This document shows positions 59,701 through 64,000 of a stretch of DNA of 64,000 nucleotides, one piece after another. Position 1 is the first letter of the stretch; each line of letters starts with the position of its first letter. Under the pieces are notes generated by a model. It was not told the origin of the DNA, did not search any database, and was given only the letters and a program-made list of their open reading frames with translations. The position numbers and the translations under genes are program-made. This stretch comes from Asterias rubens (taxonomy: Eukaryota). The stretch covers positions 23,188,001-23,252,000 of the forward strand of contig NC_047062.1 of the NCBI RefSeq assembly GCF_902459465.1, in the 5' to 3' direction.

Positions 59701-62700
59701 AGGGAATATACTTTTTTGGAAGTTTGCACTGATTTGTAAGTTTGATTGCTGGAGGCGTAACGTTATGTTGGCACACTGGTTTTGAGTAAACTGCACTTAA
59801 CAAATGTTCAGCTTTTTAAAATTTTTAAGTGCACTCGCATGCTTTGAAGTGTACATTGAGTGGGCAAGCATTACATGGCAATCAAAAACTCACTCTGTGG
59901 CATTGAAGTTAATATCGAGAAGCCCATTCCATCCCAAACGAGAAACCTAATCTGCCGTAGTAGATTTACTGGCAAGAACAAAGTTTGAGTAGAGCTGGCT
60001 AGTCAAACTATCAAATTCAATGGCAATCAAAAACTCACTCTGTGGCAGTGAGGTTTATACCGAGAAGCCCACTCGACCCATCATGAGAAACCTACTCAGC
60101 GGTAGTAGATTAACTGGCAGGGAACAAAGTTAGGCTAGAGCTGGGCTGGCTTGTCAAACTACCAATGGCAATCAAAAACTCACTCTGCGGCAGTGATGGA
60201 ATATCGATTTTCGGAGATGATGCTGCAGTAGTGGATGACTGACTTACAAAAAGCCTTCCTAGAGAGGAAATGATACCACTTTTTTTTTGTTTTAGATTGT
60301 TTACATGTCCACCACCTGTGCCTCAGCAACTAAGCATCACAGAGGTGACCTGCTCCTACTCAGCAGTCTTTGTTGCTGGTAAGTAAATACTTAGTAGTAA
60401 ACAACAGCAGACCTCTAAATAACCCACGGCACCCACAGCCATGCCTTGGTGTCCTGTGCTTTTGCTGTGGTGCCCTGTGAAAGGTTGCAAAACAAATTTA
60501 CATTTTCCTCGTAGAAGTTTCCCCTACCAGAGGAAATTTAGCTCAGAAGATCTCCATAAAGACTGGACAATGATCAATAAACCCATTCAGTTTTAGTTAT
60601 GAGAGGAAAAAACCCACAAGAACTGAGAAACCAAGCCACAATGCAAGGTTCCAACCTGAGGTAGGATTGTAACTTGGGTCGTCGTAACCTAATGCCATGG
60701 CAAGATACCCCAAATGTTGGATTTTGAAAGAGTATTTGTACTATTTTTTCCCCTTGTTTGTAGGACGTTATAACAAGTATTCCCGGAACCTAAGCCAGAC
60801 ACCGTGGCTGATTGAAGGCCAGCGTAAGACTGAATCCTCCATGCAGGAGATCATATGTGATCCAATTCAAAACCTCTTTAAGGCATCAGGTGAGAAGATC
60901 TTTTGCAACCGGGGCCCAAAGCCTGTAAGCAGATGTTCTCTGCTAACAGAGCAGCCCATGGCACTTTTTCTATTTCATAAACAACTGTTAGCAAGGTTCA
61001 TACTTCGTACATCAAAGACCAAGTGGAAAGGAAACTGGAAATGTGCTCAACTCTTGTGAAAAGCATTCGCTGTGCATATTGAGTTGGGCCCAATTTCATT
61101 GATCTGCTATTGCTTAAAATTTTTCTGTTTAGAAAAAAAGGAGAAGGATTATACATGTGACATGGTAATTTGGATGGTAACCTTATTCTAATAAGCATAA
61201 TTATGTTGTGAAGCCTGCCCTCTGTGCTCACCTTTTGTAATGCTGAAAGTTCTTATTGTGTCGGTACTGGCCGCCTTGAATTAAGTACTTCCACTACAAA
61301 TGGCCTCCCTGCAAACAAAAACATTCATTGCTTAAAGGCAGTTGACACTATTGGTAATTGTCAAAGCCCAGTCTTCTCACTTGGTGTATCTCAACATATG
61401 CACAAAATAACAAACCTGTGAAAATTTGAGCTCAATTGGTAGTCGTAGTTGCGAGATATGAATGAAAGAAAAATAACCCTTTTCACACGAAGTTGTGTGC
61501 TTTTAGATGGTTGATTTCGAACCTCAAATTCTAAATCTGAGGTCTTGAAATCAAATTCTTGGAAAATTACTTCTTTCTCGAAAACTATGTCACTTCAGAG
61601 GGAGCTGTTTCTCACAATGTTTTATACCATCAACCTCTCCCCATTACTCGTCACCAAGAAAGGTTTAAAGCGAATCATTATTTTGAGTAATCACCAATAG
61701 TGTCCACTGCCTTTAACATTTTTCTGCTTAGCTAAAAAAAGAGAAGGATTGTACATGTGACGCGGTAATTTGGATAATAACCTTGTTCCAGTAAGCATAC
61801 TTATGCTGAGCTTAAGTAGCTCTATGAAATTGGGCCCAGGCTTTTGAGAGAGTCTTGCTGGAAATTTTTCTTCGTTATAAATCTTAATATCTTTGTTTGA
61901 ACAGATTTTAAATTCTCAGCATCTGGAAGGGAAGATGTAGATGTGAGGACACTTGGGAGGGGTGAGTTTAATTCCCTGTTTCCTTTTGTAAATTTCTTTT
62001 TAGTTTTGAGTTTTACGGCCTCTTTCTTCCATGAAGGATACAACACTTTTCTTAACATCACAAAACCTGCATGCAGCGCTTATTCAAAAGTTCTATACCA
62101 TCACTGTAATGTTTGGCTGAGTTTGGGCGGTTTGTCTTGGCCCGAGTGGGCTGTTCTCACGCCTGAACGATGACAACATGATTCACTCGGAACAAGATCA
62201 CACACACCACCTATCATCGGGGGTTTCGAGAACAACACTTTACAAAATGGCAGCACAACTTCAAGAGAATAAGTAAATTAGATGCAAAATGACTCTCAAA
62301 TAGATTGTTAAAGTTAATATTGATAAGTTGAAAATTAATAGTCATCCCAAAGAAAATAATGAAAGTGTGGTCTCTTTTCTACTGTGGGGTTTCCAACTTT
62401 TAAAAAACATCCTATTTAACTGACGAACCACGTTGTCACATGACCAGTACCGAACCTCTTTTCGTGGCGCTTTTATCACATCGTCGTTTGAGCGGATGAA
62501 ACAAGAACAGCGATCCGTCTTGTTCTCGAGCATCCAAGAACACACCGCCTGAACTCGGCCTTTGATTACAGGCGTCACCAAGAAATAAAGATCTTGTTTA
62601 TTAAGCAATGAATGTTTTTGTTTGCAGGGAGGCCATTTGTAGTGGAAGTACTTAATTCAAGGCGGCCAGTACCGACACAAGAGGAACTCACAGCATTACA

Positions 62701-63990
62701 AAAGGTGAGCACAGAGGGCAGTCTTCACTAAGTATAGAAGCTCTGTCTGCTGGTTGTGGCTGCAGGAATCAGTTGCCATGCTGAGCTATAGGCAGAAGCA
62801 ATAGCCGCGACCAAAGATGTCCATGGACCTTATGCATTGATGTCATCATCCTGCCATCTTTATGCCATGATAAAACGAAGATGAACCAATGGAAAACTTT
62901 ATGAATGGGCCAATGAGCAACCTTTCGACCTCTAGCTGGGAGTGCCTTACTCTTATGGTGCCATGTATAATCACATGAAATCAAGCAAATATTTGAAGTA
63001 CTGTTTGAAGCTTTGCATGGTGTGGAGACAAGAAGAAACTATAAATAAATAGTAAACTTGCGGGTACAACCATGTGTAAATCTCTTCGGGTGAGTGTTGG
63101 CTCTGAAAAGAGGCGGTTGGGTCTTGACGTTTCGAACAGTATAATCTGCTCATCTCCTCATCTCCTCACTCTGCTCATCTCCTTAACTATTGCAATATAT
63201 TGATTTGTCTACTTTGACATTACGAAACTTTACCAGTGTTGTTTTTCTTTTTACAGACTATCAACAGAGGTACTACTGATGCTCGTGTTAGGGATCTTCA
63301 ATGCATAGAAAAGTAATAATACCTGATACTCTCATACTTATCTTTTCTGTACTTAACAAAATGATGCACATCAATCTTGTTCAGTCCTCACCCTTTACAA
63401 TTAATAAATCCATTTGTTGCCCCTCCCCTAACCACTTTGCCAACCATAGTAACTTTACTATCAACAGTAGTCAGTATGTGTATTATGGGGGAACTCCCCA
63501 CTTACATCAAGCATATTTCACAGGTAAGCAGAGAGTTTTTGCTTGTGCGTGTGTCTTCCACTTAGCCAGGCATTTGTCCCTTGTACACAAGTAGCACGGA
63601 AATTTGATGCTTGTGCTGTATTACGCGGAGAATGGGGATCGCAAGAGCAGAATTTCCTCTTTAAATTGCACTGTCATTTAAAAAACCCAAGACCACCAGC
63701 TGTCTTGGGCCTGACACCGAAATCTCTGGCCCCAGGCCCAGTGTAAAATTTTGAGCCCTGACATACAGTAAAGAAAGATCACTCGATGAGTAACATAGAC
63801 CAACAGCAACACAGAAGACTACAGCATGACAACTTTCAAATCTTATTGACTTTTAAAAATGTTGTTTTCTAGAGATGACCTTAACAAACTCAAAGATGGT
63901 GAGGAGATTAAGACCAAGTCTTACAGTGCACTCATTTGGTCATCCGCTGAGCAAACTGCCGAAAGTTTAGCATTCCTGACTGACATTAAG
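53729..63990 (+). CDS. PUS10: tRNA pseudouridine synthase Pus10 (3' end beyond window); exons 53729-53779, 54849-54986, 55802-55987, 57082-57168, 57551-57585, 58131-58242, 59017-59078, 59193-59235, 59603-59691, 60296-60378, 60764-60889, 61905-61961, 62628-62704, 63257-63312, 63873-63990
   Basis: Diagnostic motifs CCTRCILR, VCSVCLGILQ, KEVYKW, VFVAGRYNKYSRNLSQTPW, FSASGREDVDVRTLG (catalytic Asp), GRPFVVE, VRDLQ and GEEIKTKSYSALIW. All 15 exons join in frame with GT-AG boundaries. Confidence 0.96.
54206..54359. mobile_element. Palindromic MITE in PUS10 intron 1
   Basis: tgggtgcgttcgtttagct.ccctgggtc.accc ... gggtcgacccagggaagctaaatgaacgcaccca. Confidence 0.7.
56576..56968. mobile_element. MITE family A copy
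   Basis: ttaaaggcacttgacacctttgg ... gtgtccagtgcctttaa. Confidence 0.75.
58439..58620. mobile_element. TTAA-flanked palindromic MITE
   Basis: TTAA-ggcccggtctcacaggccc.gataac ... gttatcagggcctgtgtgaccgggcc-TTAA. Confidence 0.8.
58932..59010. mobile_element. 79-bp TTAA-flanked mini-MITE abutting the PUS10 exon 7 acceptor
   Basis: TTAA-agggag ... ctcccct-TTAA; the AG acceptor is at 59015-59016. Confidence 0.45.
59875..60205 (+). repeat. 145-bp tandem repeat, about 2.3 copies, PUS10 intron 9
   Basis: atggcaatcaaaaactcactctg(t/c)ggca starts at 59875, 60020 and 60165. Confidence 0.8.
61085..61838. mobile_element. Composite element: outer MITE with perfect 15-bp TIR enclosing an inverted PUS10 exon copy and a family A MITE (61332-61716)
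   Basis: tgggcccaatttcat (61085) / atgaaattgggccca (61838). A ~90-bp direct duplication (about 61118-61207 vs 61717-61806) flanks the inserted material. Confidence 0.7.
61208..61335 (-). pseudogene. Inverted duplicate of PUS10 exon 13 with its splice sites
   Basis: The reverse complement matches 62601-62728 at 123/128 positions by manual alignment; GAG is changed to TAA in the copy. Confidence 0.9.
62995..63180 (-). mobile_element. Penelope-like remnant with a degenerate hammerhead-like motif
   Basis: The minus strand reads GGAGA T GAGCAG-attata-CTGTTC GAAAC GTC AAG. Flanks resemble the 266-365 / 31518-31735 family (ctttgcatggtg, ggctctgaaaaga). Confidence 0.45.
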
Positions 63991-64000
63991 GTGAGATACA

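Noticed and set aside
34340-63990. Functional link between the tRNA-like array and nearby PUS10 (a T-loop U54/U55 modifier)
   Set aside because: They are ~14 kb apart with C1orf198 between them, and Pus10 acts in trans as a protein. Nothing in the sequence supports more than coincidence.

Overview
AT-rich, intron-containing animal genomic DNA. A marine invertebrate, possibly an echinoderm, is my impression only. Three conserved genes were reconstructed exon by exon with consistent splice phases: ZFPL1 (+, 1443-6766, first coding intron GC-AG), a C1orf198/DUF4706 homolog (-, 53364-46421) and PUS10 (+, 53729 to >63990). The last two are head-to-head. Four small orphan spliced gene models lie at 8-27 kb. 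The most striking non-coding structure is a ~5.3-kb tandem array (34340-39610, with a 481-N gap) of 159-bp units. Each unit carries a tRNA-Arg(CCG)-like head with A box, B box and a T4 terminator-like run, and some units have variant anticodon-position triplets. A 128-bp inverted copy of PUS10 exon 13, with its splice sites, sits in intron 11, so the catalytic exon 12 could be looped out. Other elements are Penelope-like remnants with a hammerhead-like motif, a 41-bp minisatellite, a tandem double-palindrome element and many TTAA-flanked MITEs. All identifications are by eye and from memory of the families; no searches were run.
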